Positions 42,780 through 53,932 are shown, counted from the stretch's first letter. The stretch is DNA of 64,000 bases from Kiritimatiellia bacterium (GCA_027858965.1 JAQIBS010000020.1:23569-87568), one strand, 5' to 3'. The notes: generated from the letters alone by a model not told the origin. Numbers and translations are program-made.

Positions 42780-43877
42780 TTATTTTTTATGTTCTTCAAG
42801 CCACTTCTTTGCTTTAAGATTGCCCTGTTCAGCGGACTTCATTATCCATACTTCAGCGGTTTTCATATCCACAGACGTACCTTGACCGAGAAAAAACATA
42901 TAGCCCAATCTGAACTGCGCCACAGCATGTCCCTGTTCAGCTGCTTTCTGCATCCATTTCAAGGCCTCCTGGTAATCCTGATCCACACCAGCACCGCGAT
43001 AGTAGGCAACGCCCAAATTGCTCTGAGCATCGGCATATCCCAGTTCTGCCGACTTTCTAAACCACGTCAAGGCCTTTTCCTGACTTTTTTCCACAAATTG
43101 TCCGACACCATACATAACTCCGATGTTGGACATAGCTGCGGCCTCATCCTTTGCAGAGGCTTTTATAAACAAATCGTATGCCTGCTCATACGACTTTGCT
43201 GTACCTAGCCCCCGATAGCAGGCAATACCGAGCTCTAGCTGAGCTCCACTGTCGCCCTTTAAGGCAGCCGATCTAAACCAGCGAACGCTCTCCTTGCTGT
43301 TCTGAGCAACCACAATACCACTCTTATACATCTGAGCTAAAGCGACCTGAGAATCTACATCCCCCTGCTTAGCAGCTGCTTTAAGCCATACAACCCCCAA
43401 CTCAGGGTCACGGGTGGGATTATTTTTTGAAAGCAGAAAGATAGAGAGGCTCTTTTGAGAGGAGATATGACCACCCATAGCCGCCATTTTCAACAAAACA
43501 ACCGCCTTATCCGTATTGCGAGGGACTCCGCTCTTTCCCTTTAGATACAGCTCTCCGAGATTAGCCTGCGCCTGCAGGTAACCGGCATTCGCCGCTCGCT
43601 CAACCCAGACAACTCCTTCCTCAACATCCTGAGGTACGCCTTCGCCATAAATCAAAGAAAACCCATAAGAGTACTGACTTGCCGGATCGCCGGCCTCCGC
43701 CTTTTTCATCAAATCCGTAGATGGCCCTCTTTCCCCGGATATCGAAATATAGGGAAACTTCCTTGAGAGGGAGGGGCTGTGAAACGAAAAACAACCGCTA
43801 AAAAAAAGAATTAAAAAAGAACAGCAGGCGATATTTGTAAAAAATTTTAAGGACATAGTTTCTCCACTTATTTCCAC
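42780..43877 (-). CDS. Sel1-like repeat (TPR-like) secreted protein
   Basis: multiple about 36-aa repeats with A.GY..AQ..LG..Y..G.GV..D signature; signal peptide. Confidence 0.65.
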   Translation of the reverse strand: MEISGETMSLKFFTNIACCSFLILFFSGCFSFHSPSLSRKFPYISISGERGPSTDLMKKAEAGDPASQYSYGFSLIYGEGVPQDVEEGVVWVERAANAGYLQAQANLGELYLKGKSGVPRNTDKAVVLLKMAAMGGHISSQKSLSIFLLSKNNPTRDPELGVVWLKAAAKQGDVDSQVALAQMYKSGIVVAQNSKESVRWFRSAALKGDSGAQLELGIACYRGLGTAKSYEQAYDLFIKASAKDEAAAMSNIGVMYGVGQFVEKSQEKALTWFRKSAELGYADAQSNLGVAYYRGAGVDQDYQEALKWMQKAAEQGHAVAQFRLGYMFFLGQGTSVDMKTAEVWIMKSAEQGNLKAKKWLEEHKK

Positions 43878-44164
43878 ATATTAAAGAGGATTTCTGCAGG
43901 ATGGTCAACAACCTAAATAAATTAGGTTCTTCATCGAATTTTATGGAACACGTCTAAGTTCAGAGATGTTTCGCAGAATCTGTGGGTTTTCATAAAAATT
44001 AACGAAGAGCCGTAAATTATAAGACAAAGTATTTATAACTAACGCGGGCTCCATCCGCAACCCAATAAAATATTTTTCATCCGAGAAAATAGCAATTAAA
44101 GTTTTTTACCAAAAAACCTCTTCCTACTTGATTAAAATATGTGAAGAGCTTAATATGCATCTCT

Positions 44165-44647
44165 ATGTCAAACTGGAAAGTACTTCATTTAAAGCCAAAC
44201 ACAGAGAAAAAGTTTACGCAATACTGTAGACTTTATGAGATCCAGTGTTATGTGCCCATGAGAAAAACAACTCGAACCTACCAAAGAAGAAAATATGAGG
44301 TGGAGCTTCCCGTTTTCACAGGCTATGCCTTTGCACGCTACTCCGAGAACCAGCGAATGGAGATCCTTCAATCCAATTTTATTGTTAAGGTAATTGAACC
44401 ATTCCACCCTCGTCAGTTTCTACGTGAACTGGTTATGGTACGTAGAGCATTGCGAGTAGATCCAACCCTGAAACCGATAGATTGTCTGAAAGAGGGCCAG
44501 CTGGTTCGTATTACAAGCGGACCATTCATGGGAACAGAGGGAATTGTCAAACGATTAGGTCAAAACACGCGGGTTGTACTTAATATCTCAATTATAGGCC
44601 AGGCTCTTAATATAGAGACGGACAGGGACGATATCGAAAAACTGTAA
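44165..44647 (+). CDS. NusG-family paralog (NGN + KOW), specialised antiterminator type (UpxY/LoaP-like)
   Basis: NWKVLHLKPNTEKKF...PVFTGYAFARY (NGN) and GQLVRITSGPFMGTEGIVKRL (KOW). Confidence 0.55.
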   Translation: MSNWKVLHLKPNTEKKFTQYCRLYEIQCYVPMRKTTRTYQRRKYEVELPVFTGYAFARYSENQRMEILQSNFIVKVIEPFHPRQFLRELVMVRRALRVDPTLKPIDCLKEGQLVRITSGPFMGTEGIVKRLGQNTRVVLNISIIGQALNIETDRDDIEKL

Positions 44648-44786
44648 GCTTTCATTCTTTCGTGCTTTTAGTGTTTTTCGTGGTTAATATATCCGGTTAC
44701 AGGAAGAATTTATACTTTAAAGGAAACTTGCTTTCTTAAACAGTTTAGATGCGAAACCATCACCTTTTATTGTCCACTTGTGCCTT

Positions 44787-47700
44787 TTAAAGTTCCGCCA
44801 TAAAGGTCAGAGTTGAACCCTCTCCGGCATTGCTCTTAATTTCAAATGATCCATTAATCTCATTCATCCTTCTCTGCATATTCTTCAAGCCGTTATGTCC
44901 AATCCCGGCATCAACTTCAGGATCAAATCCAACACCGTCATCTTTAACAATAATTTTCAACGTATTATTCTTGATAGACATCACAATGCTCACCTGAGTA
45001 GCAGAAGCATGCTTCAGAATATTACCGATAGCCTCCCGGACAGCAAGCAGCAGATGATGGCGGGTCTTTGAGGCAACCTTCATATCAAGCAGATCTGCAG
45101 GCCGAACAAAATGAAAGCGCAGGGATGAATTTCCCAGAAAATACTCTGTGTACTGCTCAAAATAGCTTATAAATGGTTCCCATCCATCATTAACAGGATT
45201 CACTGCCCAGACAATTTCATCCACATTGCGGGCCAGCTCATTGGCAACATCGTATATTTGATCAAGCCGTTTGTGCGCACTATCCTTCTCCACATCTCCA
45301 TGAGCCAGCTCACTCAGCGTGGCAACAACCGAGAGTCCATTACCAAGGTCATCATGAATATCTCTGGATATACGCGCTCTCTCATGGTGCAAGGCCTCCT
45401 CTCGTTTCAAAATAGCCATCTGCAGTTTATAGCGGTGATTCATCAACCAGCGAGCAAAAAGAAAAACAACAGCAGCAAGCACAAATGCAATCGCCAGGTA
45501 AAACCAGGGTCTCTGCCAGAACCAGGCCTCAACCTCAAAGGCAAATTTCACGCTTTCGTCACTCCAGACCCCGCGGGAACCGACAACAACCTCCATGAGA
45601 TATTGTCCAGGTGGCAAAAATTCAAAGGAAGCCGAACGCTCCCTCTGAACAGGCGACCATCCCTCCTTTCGCAATCCTGAAACACGGTAGCGAAAGAACG
45701 CAGAGCTTTGCTCTCCAGGCGAGAGCGATGAAAACTGAATAACAATATTACGTACACCGGGAGAAAAGACCGTCTTACTACAAACCCCATTAATATTATC
45801 AAGTAACTTCTTACCATTGGCATAAACTCGTTCAATAACAACCATGGGGGCTTTTTTAGAAAACTTAAAATCATCAGGATTAAAAACCGCAATTCCCTCA
45901 TCAAAAGGGAAAAACATTTTTCCGGTACTGGCAGAGAATCCAGGCAAGCTACCCCCTCCCAAAGCCCGTTCCCCCGGAAGTCCATCAGCTGCACCCAAAC
46001 GCAGAACGCATACACCTTTGGTATGATCAGAGAGTTCACTATTGGTTAATGATTCAATAGAGCTGTATGAAAGAGAGAGCAGACCGTTTTTTGTACCAAG
46101 CCAGATTCTTTTATGTCTATCCTCTGCAATCTGTAAAACCGAATGATTAAAACCGCCAATTTTATCCTCCATGGAATAGACACACTTATTGATAACCACA
46201 AACAGCCCAGTGGTGGTCCCAATCCATAAACTGCCAACTGAATCACTGAACACAACCCGGACATACCCCTTTAAACCGTCCTTCTCACCTATCAGCTGTT
46301 TTGATCCATCCTTATGCAAGCCAATCACACCAACATTATCACAACTTATCCAAAGAGTTCCGGATGCATCACGGTAAAGATGCCTGACTGTTTCATCAAT
46401 GGTAATATCAGGCAACTCAAAAGTTTCAAGTTCCCCCCTAGAAGAAATACGCATCAAGCCCTGAGGTGTTCCGGCGAGTATACCCAAATCAGGATCTTCC
46501 AGCAGAGCATAAACGGTATGCACAACAGGAATGCTGTAATCTCTCTGAGAGATAATACTAAGACGGTCTCCCGAAGATTTTAAGAGTCCGCCCCCCAAAG
46601 TTCCAATCCAAACCTGACCGCTTTTATCCTGCAAAATAGAGCTGACAGGTAGGTCTGCATCTAAATAGATTGTCTGCAGAATCCGGGCTGTATCCGCTGT
46701 CAAACGGGCGGCATGTCCTTTAAATCCGATCCAGATACTCCCGTCAGAGAGTCGATTAAAAGAGTAGGCGGTGCCATCAGTCACGACTCCATCAGAATGT
46801 ACGCGTCCGACGGAGCGCTTTCTGATTCTCAGCAGACCGCCATCACAAGCCGCCCAGATAGTACCCTCTGTATCTTCAATAATGGTATTAACAGCCATGC
46901 CACCGGGTATATCCTGTTCACCGATATGTGACCATTTTCCATTTTCCCAACGATAGATACCTGTTGGATTACCAATCCAGAGCGCTCCATCAGAGACCTC
47001 AAACATCTCAGTAACGTGACCTGCATTCTCAGGAAAACCAATCGGAGTCCAGATATTCTTCTCCAGATAGGCGATGCCATTTGGGCCGTTAATCCATAAC
47101 CGCCCCGACCTACCAGCATGCACACCGGAAACAGCCTCCACCAGGAAGTCAGGCAGCCGCATACTCTTGTCATCATACTTCCCATCAGAGTATTCAACCA
47201 ATCCATTCCAGGCAGTCATCCATAAGCGGCCATGGTTGTCAAAATCAGCCGCAGTCACAGCTCCCAGGGTGGCACGGTCATCATAAGGAACTGGACATGC
47301 CCTCGCAACAAAGCGCGTTGTCTGGTCATCCTCAGCCGTCACAGCTTCAAGCAGGCCACGCTCCGCATATGCCCTGACAACTCCATCTCCTGATATAAGA
47401 ATCCCAAGCAACTTACCGATAACGGTGGAGGAATCCCCCACTGGCCAACTCTGCCACAGCCCCTCTGTAAAGCAGCCAATTCCCTTATACCCGAAAAACC
47501 AGACACCCCGAGGAACACCGCAAACAACCCCACGAAGAGAGCCAGTCACCTCCAGCACCTCATCCGGTACCGCGAGAGCAACAAAATCAACACCGTTAAA
47601 ACGAATTAACTTTGTCTCGGTGCTAAGCCAGATATACCCGCGCTGCGACTGCGTGAGCCCTGTCAAGGGAGTACCGGGCAAACGATCCTCAACCGTCCAG

Positions 47701-47801
47701 AGCTTCATTGTATAGCTATCGTCAATGATCTCAGCGGCAAAGCCATGGGCAGTGCAAAACAGAAGAATGACAGACAAGATTATTATTTTGCGAAATTTCA
47801 T
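44787..47801 (-). CDS. hybrid-type sensor histidine kinase with two-component-regulator propeller/Y_Y_Y periplasmic domain
   Basis: about 700-aa beta-propeller-like region, a TM helix, then HisKA_3 (HDDLGNGLS) and HATPase_c (GHNGLKNMQRRMNEINGSFEIKS). Confidence 0.7.
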   Translation of the reverse strand: MKFRKIIILSVILLFCTAHGFAAEIIDDSYTMKLWTVEDRLPGTPLTGLTQSQRGYIWLSTETKLIRFNGVDFVALAVPDEVLEVTGSLRGVVCGVPRGVWFFGYKGIGCFTEGLWQSWPVGDSSTVIGKLLGILISGDGVVRAYAERGLLEAVTAEDDQTTRFVARACPVPYDDRATLGAVTAADFDNHGRLWMTAWNGLVEYSDGKYDDKSMRLPDFLVEAVSGVHAGRSGRLWINGPNGIAYLEKNIWTPIGFPENAGHVTEMFEVSDGALWIGNPTGIYRWENGKWSHIGEQDIPGGMAVNTIIEDTEGTIWAACDGGLLRIRKRSVGRVHSDGVVTDGTAYSFNRLSDGSIWIGFKGHAARLTADTARILQTIYLDADLPVSSILQDKSGQVWIGTLGGGLLKSSGDRLSIISQRDYSIPVVHTVYALLEDPDLGILAGTPQGLMRISSRGELETFELPDITIDETVRHLYRDASGTLWISCDNVGVIGLHKDGSKQLIGEKDGLKGYVRVVFSDSVGSLWIGTTTGLFVVINKCVYSMEDKIGGFNHSVLQIAEDRHKRIWLGTKNGLLSLSYSSIESLTNSELSDHTKGVCVLRLGAADGLPGERALGGGSLPGFSASTGKMFFPFDEGIAVFNPDDFKFSKKAPMVVIERVYANGKKLLDNINGVCSKTVFSPGVRNIVIQFSSLSPGEQSSAFFRYRVSGLRKEGWSPVQRERSASFEFLPPGQYLMEVVVGSRGVWSDESVKFAFEVEAWFWQRPWFYLAIAFVLAAVVFLFARWLMNHRYKLQMAILKREEALHHERARISRDIHDDLGNGLSVVATLSELAHGDVEKDSAHKRLDQIYDVANELARNVDEIVWAVNPVNDGWEPFISYFEQYTEYFLGNSSLRFHFVRPADLLDMKVASKTRHHLLLAVREAIGNILKHASATQVSIVMSIKNNTLKIIVKDDGVGFDPEVDAGIGHNGLKNMQRRMNEINGSFEIKSNAGEGSTLTFMAEL

Positions 47802-47899
47802 AAATATAGAAAAAGTTTAAATGTTTCTGCTGACAAACAAATCTCTTCTCCCCCCTTAGATGCTGACTTCTGAAACTTGCGGAGCTGAGTACTGCTCAG

Positions 47900-48181
47900 T
47901 CACGGACGCTTTCGAGGGTCTTGCCTGTTATCAAAGATTGAGTGTATTATTATCAGTTCATTCTCTATTGTGTAAAAAACCGAAAACGGAAATTTTCTAA
48001 GAAGACATCTTCTAAATTTCTTATAGATGACCATGTACAGAAGAGGATGATTTGATATTTGATCGATTGTATTTTCAACCGCATCAAGAAACCTCAGACC
48101 TAAACCTCGTTGCTGTTGTTCATACCAGCTCACCGTCAATTCTATTTCAAACCGAGCACGCTGAGTATAATACGGTTTCAT
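47900..48181 (-). CDS. RelE/ParE-family toxin
   Basis: 93 aa; ...YKKFRRCLLRKFPFSVFYTIENELIIIHSIFDNRQD ParE-like. Confidence 0.6.
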   Translation of the reverse strand: MKPYYTQRARFEIELTVSWYEQQQRGLGLRFLDAVENTIDQISNHPLLYMVIYKKFRRCLLRKFPFSVFYTIENELIIIHSIFDNRQDPRKRP

Positions 48182-48408
48182 TTATACAAATCCCGCAACT
48201 GATCATGCACAGCCTGAACCTCATGAAGCTCTACCTTCTCCGACTCATATTCTTCATAACGACGATCAAGTTCTTTTTTCTGCCACTCGGGCAACGGGAT
48301 GGAATTATTCTTCTCGGAAACCTGATCCCATATTTCCTCAATCAAGCGTAGTTTATCATTTACGCTCAACAAACTGATATCACGTTTTATCTTCTCAGCG
48401 ACAATCAT
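48178..48408 (-). CDS. putative addiction-module component (antitoxin, TIGR02574-like)
   Basis: 76 aa; LSVNDKLRLIEEIWDQV..; 4-bp overlap with the toxin. Confidence 0.55.
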   Translation of the reverse strand: MIVAEKIKRDISLLSVNDKLRLIEEIWDQVSEKNNSIPLPEWQKKELDRRYEEYESEKVELHEVQAVHDQLRDLYK

Positions 48409-48843
48409 TTAACCCCTTACTAAAGCTTTTTCATTAACTTTCTAATTTCATCCGGCATATTCAAGTTGCTTAATATATTTAGTATATATTTTTAATGGAT
48501 AGATAACAACGCCAAAAACATCCCCACCCCCAACTCGCCAAATTCAGTTGAGCACTGTTACTTCAATCAACCCCAAAGGGGTGCTATTATTGTAGTTGAG
48601 TAAAAAAATGCAAACCTGAAGTGGTGACGTTATTCAAACACCTCTGCTATAATGTCACCACCTTCGGGGTCATTCATCGTCATCGATTTATTCTACAATA
48701 ATATCAGCCCTTCGGGCTTAAATACAGAATCTTGCTCATTAGAGACCTCCACTGAACTGACATGCGTCCCAACTCGTCTACCCTGACCTGTGCTGAGCTT
48801 GTCGAACGGACGAAGCGCAGCGGCTCCCCGCCTCAATCGCTTA

Positions 48844-49482
48844 TCAGCCGATCAACTCAAGCACTTCACTCAGCGAGTGCAAGACAGGCACACCGGCGCT
48901 GGCTAATCGCTCAAACGACTGATGGCCCTGTGCTATCAGAACACAGCCGATTTTTAGATCCCCGGCTACCTCAAAATCATGCAGCGAATCACCGATCATT
49001 AAAATTTCAGAGCGGCAGACATCCATCTTTTCAATCATAGCCCGACCCATGGAAATTTTAGAATCTCCATACATATTGTCAATACCCATAACCCGATGAA
49101 AATACGAATCCAGCTTATACTCACGCAACATAGAGTCAAGAATTGACTGCTCTGAGGCGGAGAGAATCGATTGAACCAGCCCTCTATCCTGCAGATTTTT
49201 CAAGACACTGCGGGCATTACTGTGTAAAGCAACCGAGCTGTCAGCCAGAAACATATCATGAAACTCTGTTGCCATGAGATCCCAGTCCTCATTCTCCAGA
49301 ATAAATCCGATCTCGTTATAAAAGTCTGCGACTGGAAAACCAAAAAGATCACGATACTGTACAATGGTCAGCTGAGGCAGTCCTCGATCAGAGAGCATCT
49401 TATTGACTGAATTAACACAGGCACGCGTGTCATCAAGCAGCGTTCCATTCCAGTCCCAGATTATATGAGATATATTTTGCAT
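48844..49482 (-). CDS. HAD-superfamily hydrolase (phosphoglycolate phosphatase-like)
   Basis: HIIWDWNGTLLDD (DxDGT motif I) ... GDSLHD motif IV. Confidence 0.6.
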   Translation of the reverse strand: MQNISHIIWDWNGTLLDDTRACVNSVNKMLSDRGLPQLTIVQYRDLFGFPVADFYNEIGFILENEDWDLMATEFHDMFLADSSVALHSNARSVLKNLQDRGLVQSILSASEQSILDSMLREYKLDSYFHRVMGIDNMYGDSKISMGRAMIEKMDVCRSEILMIGDSLHDFEVAGDLKIGCVLIAQGHQSFERLASAGVPVLHSLSEVLELIG

Positions 49483-49539
49483 TGGCGGAAATGATTGAGA
49501 ATTTTCAAAAAAATTAACTTTTATGATCGCGGCTCTTAC

Positions 49540-49803
49540 TTAACGTTCGCAATTCAGAGAGGTTTCCATCAATAAGCGCTTTTTTCTTAGCTCGACTCCA
49601 TTTTTTATCTGAAGTTCTCTTTGAATGGCATTCTCCTCAGACAAGAATTCTTCTTTATATTCTACTTGTTCTGGTGCATAAACTGCCGTGTGTTTTGCAC
49701 CACTCTTTGATACATGGCGTAAAAACCGTTTTTCAACACATCTTGTGTGGCCTACATAGTATGATCCATTTGAACACCGAAGAATATATGTATACCATTT
49801 CAT
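49540..49803 (-). CDS. GIY-YIG nuclease domain protein (87 aa)
   Basis: WYTYILRCSNGSYYVGHTRCVEKRFLRH GIY-YIG core. Confidence 0.6.
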   Translation of the reverse strand: MKWYTYILRCSNGSYYVGHTRCVEKRFLRHVSKSGAKHTAVYAPEQVEYKEEFLSEENAIQRELQIKNGVELRKKRLLMETSLNCER

Positions 49804-49915
49804 CTTTATAGCCCTTCGACAAGCTCAGGACATTCGACGCGTCTGGAAAGCCCACACATGAATCATTGTGGCCTGCCATGAGCAAGTGCAAACTTGATGA
49901 AATCAACGTTGCACG

Positions 49916-50014
<99 letters not shown>

Positions 50015-50070
50015 TGAAAAGTGCTTACAAGATACGCAAAAAATCGCCTGCGGTCAAGATTGAGTTTAAA

Positions 50071-50904
50071 TCATTTTGAAATTTCTGCCTTGGCTTTCAG
50101 ATCATCAAGCAATTCATTCAATGAATTTTCGGCAGCTTCATTAAACATTATCGTTGAAAGCTCCTCTGAAACATCCTCAAATGGAATCAGTTCAGGCTCA
50201 CGTTTTACCAGAATTTTAAAGAGATGCAGCGTGCCGGAGTCGAGCTCAATCACATCGCTAAGATCCCCGCGTTCCAATGAAAAAAGTTTTTCTTCGATAT
50301 CACCGGGAAACATTCCGCGCATAACCGTCTCAAACATGCCGAAGTCTTCACGGTAGGTATCCGAACTCTGACATGCCTCAACCCAGTGAAGCTCAAAGTT
50401 TTCAACCCTCTTTTTAAGATCAAGCAGATCAATATAAACCTGCGATTTTTCAACACCGGGATTCAATACACGACAGATGTGAGATACCTTAAGAGTTTCC
50501 GGCACCGTAAAACGTTCCATATTTCCATCATACTCAGCCTGCATCTCCTCAACCGAGGGACGCTTAACCGACTTGCGAACAGATTTTACCAGCGCACGAA
50601 TCTTAATATCTTCAATACAACGCAGCCGTTTCTTTTCATCAGAAATCTCCTCACCAAAGGCAGCGCTGTTTTCCTCGAGCCAGCCATTGACCTTCTTGTC
50701 ATCAGGTTCGGCCTGAGAACGCTGGGCCTCCTGCTTCAGAAGCTCTTTCTCCACAAGATTCTCGGCCGCCCACTCCTTGAGTTGTTCCTCCTCCGGTTCT
50801 CCGCCATTCTCCGATACATAGCGGTCATAATCCGGTTTCAAACGTGCAATCTCCTGCTCAACTTCCTCTGCAGAGATCTCTGATCCATTCACTGTTAATG
50901 CCAT
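50071..50904 (-). CDS. parvulin-type peptidyl-prolyl cis-trans isomerase (PrsA/SurA-like)
   Basis: C-terminal PpiC-like region TLKVSHICRVL...GDLSDVIELDSGTLHLFKIL. Confidence 0.5.
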   Translation of the reverse strand: MALTVNGSEISAEEVEQEIARLKPDYDRYVSENGGEPEEEQLKEWAAENLVEKELLKQEAQRSQAEPDDKKVNGWLEENSAAFGEEISDEKKRLRCIEDIKIRALVKSVRKSVKRPSVEEMQAEYDGNMERFTVPETLKVSHICRVLNPGVEKSQVYIDLLDLKKRVENFELHWVEACQSSDTYREDFGMFETVMRGMFPGDIEEKLFSLERGDLSDVIELDSGTLHLFKILVKREPELIPFEDVSEELSTIMFNEAAENSLNELLDDLKAKAEISK

Positions 50905-51078
50905 TATATCCTCTTTGCTTTCTGAATTTATTTCTTAAATATTTGCATATTATACTAAAAATACTTTCAGCCGTAACCCAATATTCTCACAACGAAGAGC
51001 GTAGCGCAGCACAGCCGCAATCAAATTCTGCTTTCTCTGCGCCTCTGCGAGGGGTAAAACTCACATAAGCATTACTCA

Positions 51079-51330
51079 TCATGCATCCGATTCACTCTCA
51101 AAGGGCTCCGTTGCTATCTGTCCATCAGCACCTTTGACGACCTTTTCAATTTTCTTTTCAACCTCATTAAGCTTCTCTGAGCAGGATTTGACCAGACGTT
51201 GCCCCTCCTCAAACGCGCTAATCATCGCATCCAGCTCCATCTCGCCGGACTCCATATCCTGTACAATCTTATCCAGGCGTTTCAAAGAGTCTTCAAAACT
51301 TTTCTTTTCTTCACTCATTTTTCTCTCCAC
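51079..51330 (-). CDS. xseB: exodeoxyribonuclease VII small subunit
   Basis: SFEDSLKRLDKIVQDMESGEMELDAMISAFEEGQRLVKSC is canonical XseB. Confidence 0.8.
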   Translation of the reverse strand: MERKMSEEKKSFEDSLKRLDKIVQDMESGEMELDAMISAFEEGQRLVKSCSEKLNEVEKKIEKVVKGADGQIATEPFESESDA

Positions 51331-51360
51331 CTATCAGTGGCATCCAATAGGACGCCAGTC

Positions 51361-51445
51361 TGTTAGCATTTTTTAGCCTGTAGCTGGTAGCTCGTAGGGA
51401 GCTCTGTATTTTTTACTGCCAGCTACAGACTACTAGCTACAAGCT
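51361..51445. repeat. GTAGCT-rich quasi-palindromic repeat between xseB and xseA
   Basis: agcctgtagctggtagctcgtaggg...ccagctacagactactagctacaagct; shares the CTACAAGCT word with the partial array at window positions 1-30. Confidence 0.7.
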
Positions 51446-52801
51446 TCCGACGATTTCCTCAACCTTTGACTTGATAAATCCATCTGCAAACTGCGTCATC
51501 AGGTCAACACCCGGAGCCACATCTGCTGCAGAGCGCACCAGTGCACCATCAGCATTACGCGTCAGTGAATAGCCTCGCTCAAGCACTTTGAGCGGACTCA
51601 GAAGCACCAGCTGTCGCTCCAAAGCGGATACCTGACTCCTGTTTTGCTCCAGCAATACCATGACCGCGCTATTCATACTCTGACGACTACCTGACAAACG
51701 CACCTTAAGTTCAGTGAGTCTGCGTTCACGTACCAGGCCCATCCTGCTAAAAATCTGATCAGCCTGTTGTCGCGCTGCAGTGACTCTCTGATGCGCAGCA
51801 TGCTGCAAGCGCATATCAAGATAGTCGACCTTCTGGGAGAAACGCTCAATAAGCTGTCCGGGACGTTTCAAGACCGAAGAGCCCGAGAGCTGTTCCAGAC
51901 GTTGTGCCAGCAATTTATGATGCTGCACTAGCAGACGACGCAACTCAGCGCTTCTCTGCTGGATACGCTTCTCAAATTCAACCTTCGGTTGTACCACAAG
52001 CTCAGCTGCTGCGGAGGGGGTAGGAGCTCTCAAATCAGCGACAAAATCACTTAAGGCATAATCGACTTCATGGCCCACAGCAGATATCACAGGAATATGC
52101 GAGGCAAAGATGGCACGTGCCACCACCTCCTCATTAAAGGCCCACAAATCCTCAAGACTTCCTCCGCCCCGGCCCACTATAATAACATCCACCGGACGTT
52201 CGCTACCCTCACCGCAATTTTCATTAATCCAGCCAATAGCTCTGGCGATTGAGGGTGCGGAACCAGCCCCCTGCACCTTGACAGGAGTCAGGAGAACCTG
52301 CATATTCGAAAAACGTCGGTTTAAGATATTCAGCATATCATGGATAACAGCGCCAGTCGGAGATGTCACCACCCCTATGCGTTGTGGCAGCAGAGGCAGC
52401 GGCTTTTTATGAGATTCATCAAACAATCCCTCGGCATTGAGTTTTTTCTTGAGCTCTTCATAACGCTCCATCAACGCACCGACTCCAGCGGATTCCATCT
52501 TGTGAACCACCAGCTGATACTGTCCGCGCCCTTCAAAAACCGAGATGGCACCACCCGCTCTCACTCGCTGTCCATCCTTTAAGAAGGCGGTATTAGAGAG
52601 AACCGCACGAGCATTGGCAAAAAGAACGGCACTCAGCTGGGCGGATTGATCTTTCAGAACAAAGTAGGTATGACCAGAGGAGTACTGTTTAATATTGGAT
52701 ATTTCACCCTCCACCCATACCTGCCCGACCTCCTTGGTCAGGACTCCCTTAATTTTTCGAGTCAGCTCTGTGATTGAAAGTATATGAGGTGTTTCGGCCA
52801 T
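51437..52801 (-). CDS. xseA: exodeoxyribonuclease VII large subunit
   Basis: N-terminal OB fold LSITELTRKIKGVLTKEVGQVWVEGEISN; 454 aa. Confidence 0.85.
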   Translation of the reverse strand: MAETPHILSITELTRKIKGVLTKEVGQVWVEGEISNIKQYSSGHTYFVLKDQSAQLSAVLFANARAVLSNTAFLKDGQRVRAGGAISVFEGRGQYQLVVHKMESAGVGALMERYEELKKKLNAEGLFDESHKKPLPLLPQRIGVVTSPTGAVIHDMLNILNRRFSNMQVLLTPVKVQGAGSAPSIARAIGWINENCGEGSERPVDVIIVGRGGGSLEDLWAFNEEVVARAIFASHIPVISAVGHEVDYALSDFVADLRAPTPSAAAELVVQPKVEFEKRIQQRSAELRRLLVQHHKLLAQRLEQLSGSSVLKRPGQLIERFSQKVDYLDMRLQHAAHQRVTAARQQADQIFSRMGLVRERRLTELKVRLSGSRQSMNSAVMVLLEQNRSQVSALERQLVLLSPLKVLERGYSLTRNADGALVRSAADVAPGVDLMTQFADGFIKSKVEEIVGSL

Positions 52802-52860
52802 TTTTTTTACAGGATTATAATGGTTGTTGCTGCATCAATAGTTTTCTTACAGTGGCGCAG

Positions 52861-52935
52861 AGTTCCTAGCGCGACAAAGCCGCAAACAACTCGAACTTCC
52901 AACATTGAACATCGAACTTCCAACGTCGAAGGGGA
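52861..52935. repeat. short tandem repeat (TCGAACTTCCAAC x2 plus variants)
   Basis: aactcgaacttccaacattgaacatcgaacttccaacgtcgaagg. Confidence 0.7.
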
Positions 52936-53002
52936 GGTAGCGCTCCGCGCGGTCAGTTCTATAAGTAATAATAAACATGCAAAAAAGTTGAACTATTAAT
53001 CA

Positions 53003-53797
53003 CTAATCCGCTGCGATCAGATCGTCCTCATGGAAGCGACAGGCTTTAATCGAAACAACCTTTGAGCTTTCGCGGTCTATATCGATAATAGCCCCTTCAA
53101 GCAGGGCAGGGCCCTTGGCAATGTCAAATCGGGCCGGCATCCCTGTTGTAAACTTTTTCAGTACAGGTGTCACATTCCTTCCCAGCACAGAGTGCGCCGG
53201 ACCGGTCATTCCCAAATCTGTCATATAGGCGGTACCCTCAGGAAGAATTTTCGCATCACTGGTCTGCACATGGGTATGTGTACCCACAACCGCTGCCACA
53301 CGTCCTTCCAGAAAATAGCCCATTGCAATTTTCTCAGAGGTGGCCTCGGCATGGAAATCCACGATGATAGGGACATTTTTCGGAAGTGATTTTAAAAGAT
53401 TATCCATTGCTTTAAAAGGGCAGTCAATGGGATTCATAAAAACACGTCCCTGCAAATTGACCACCACTAAAGGACCAAATGAACTCTGAAAAGTAAGAGA
53501 GCCCACCCCAGGGGTGCCGGCAGGAAAGTTCAAGGGTCTAACCAGATTATCAATCAGGTGGATGCTTGTCTCCAGCTCACGCTGACCCCAAACATGGTCA
53601 CCCATAGTCAGAACATCGGCTCCGCTACTTAAAAGTTCATTGGCCAATGACTGCGTAATTCCATTGCCAGCGGCTGCATTCTCAGCATTGGCCACAACCA
53701 CATTGATTTCACCATCACGCTTCAGCCGTTTCACAACGCTCTTAAAAACACGCCGTCCTGGACTGCCAACAATATCTCCAACCAGTAATATCTTCAT
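53003..53797 (-). CDS. ymdB: YmdB-like metallophosphoesterase (TIGR00282)
   Basis: MKILLVGDIVGSPGRR...NAENAAAGNGIT canonical. Confidence 0.8.
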   Translation of the reverse strand: MKILLVGDIVGSPGRRVFKSVVKRLKRDGEINVVVANAENAAAGNGITQSLANELLSSGADVLTMGDHVWGQRELETSIHLIDNLVRPLNFPAGTPGVGSLTFQSSFGPLVVVNLQGRVFMNPIDCPFKAMDNLLKSLPKNVPIIVDFHAEATSEKIAMGYFLEGRVAAVVGTHTHVQTSDAKILPEGTAYMTDLGMTGPAHSVLGRNVTPVLKKFTTGMPARFDIAKGPALLEGAIIDIDRESSKVVSIKACRFHEDDLIAAD

Positions 53798-53932
53798 AAA
53801 TTCCTTAAATTATTTCATCCCACATCGTGTAGGGCGAGGCTCTTTCGCGAAGAGAAAGGGCACGCATTTCGGTTAACCGATACGCGCTATTCGCATATCA
53901 CAAGAGTTCAGTTTGGTTCTGGTTATGCTGCA

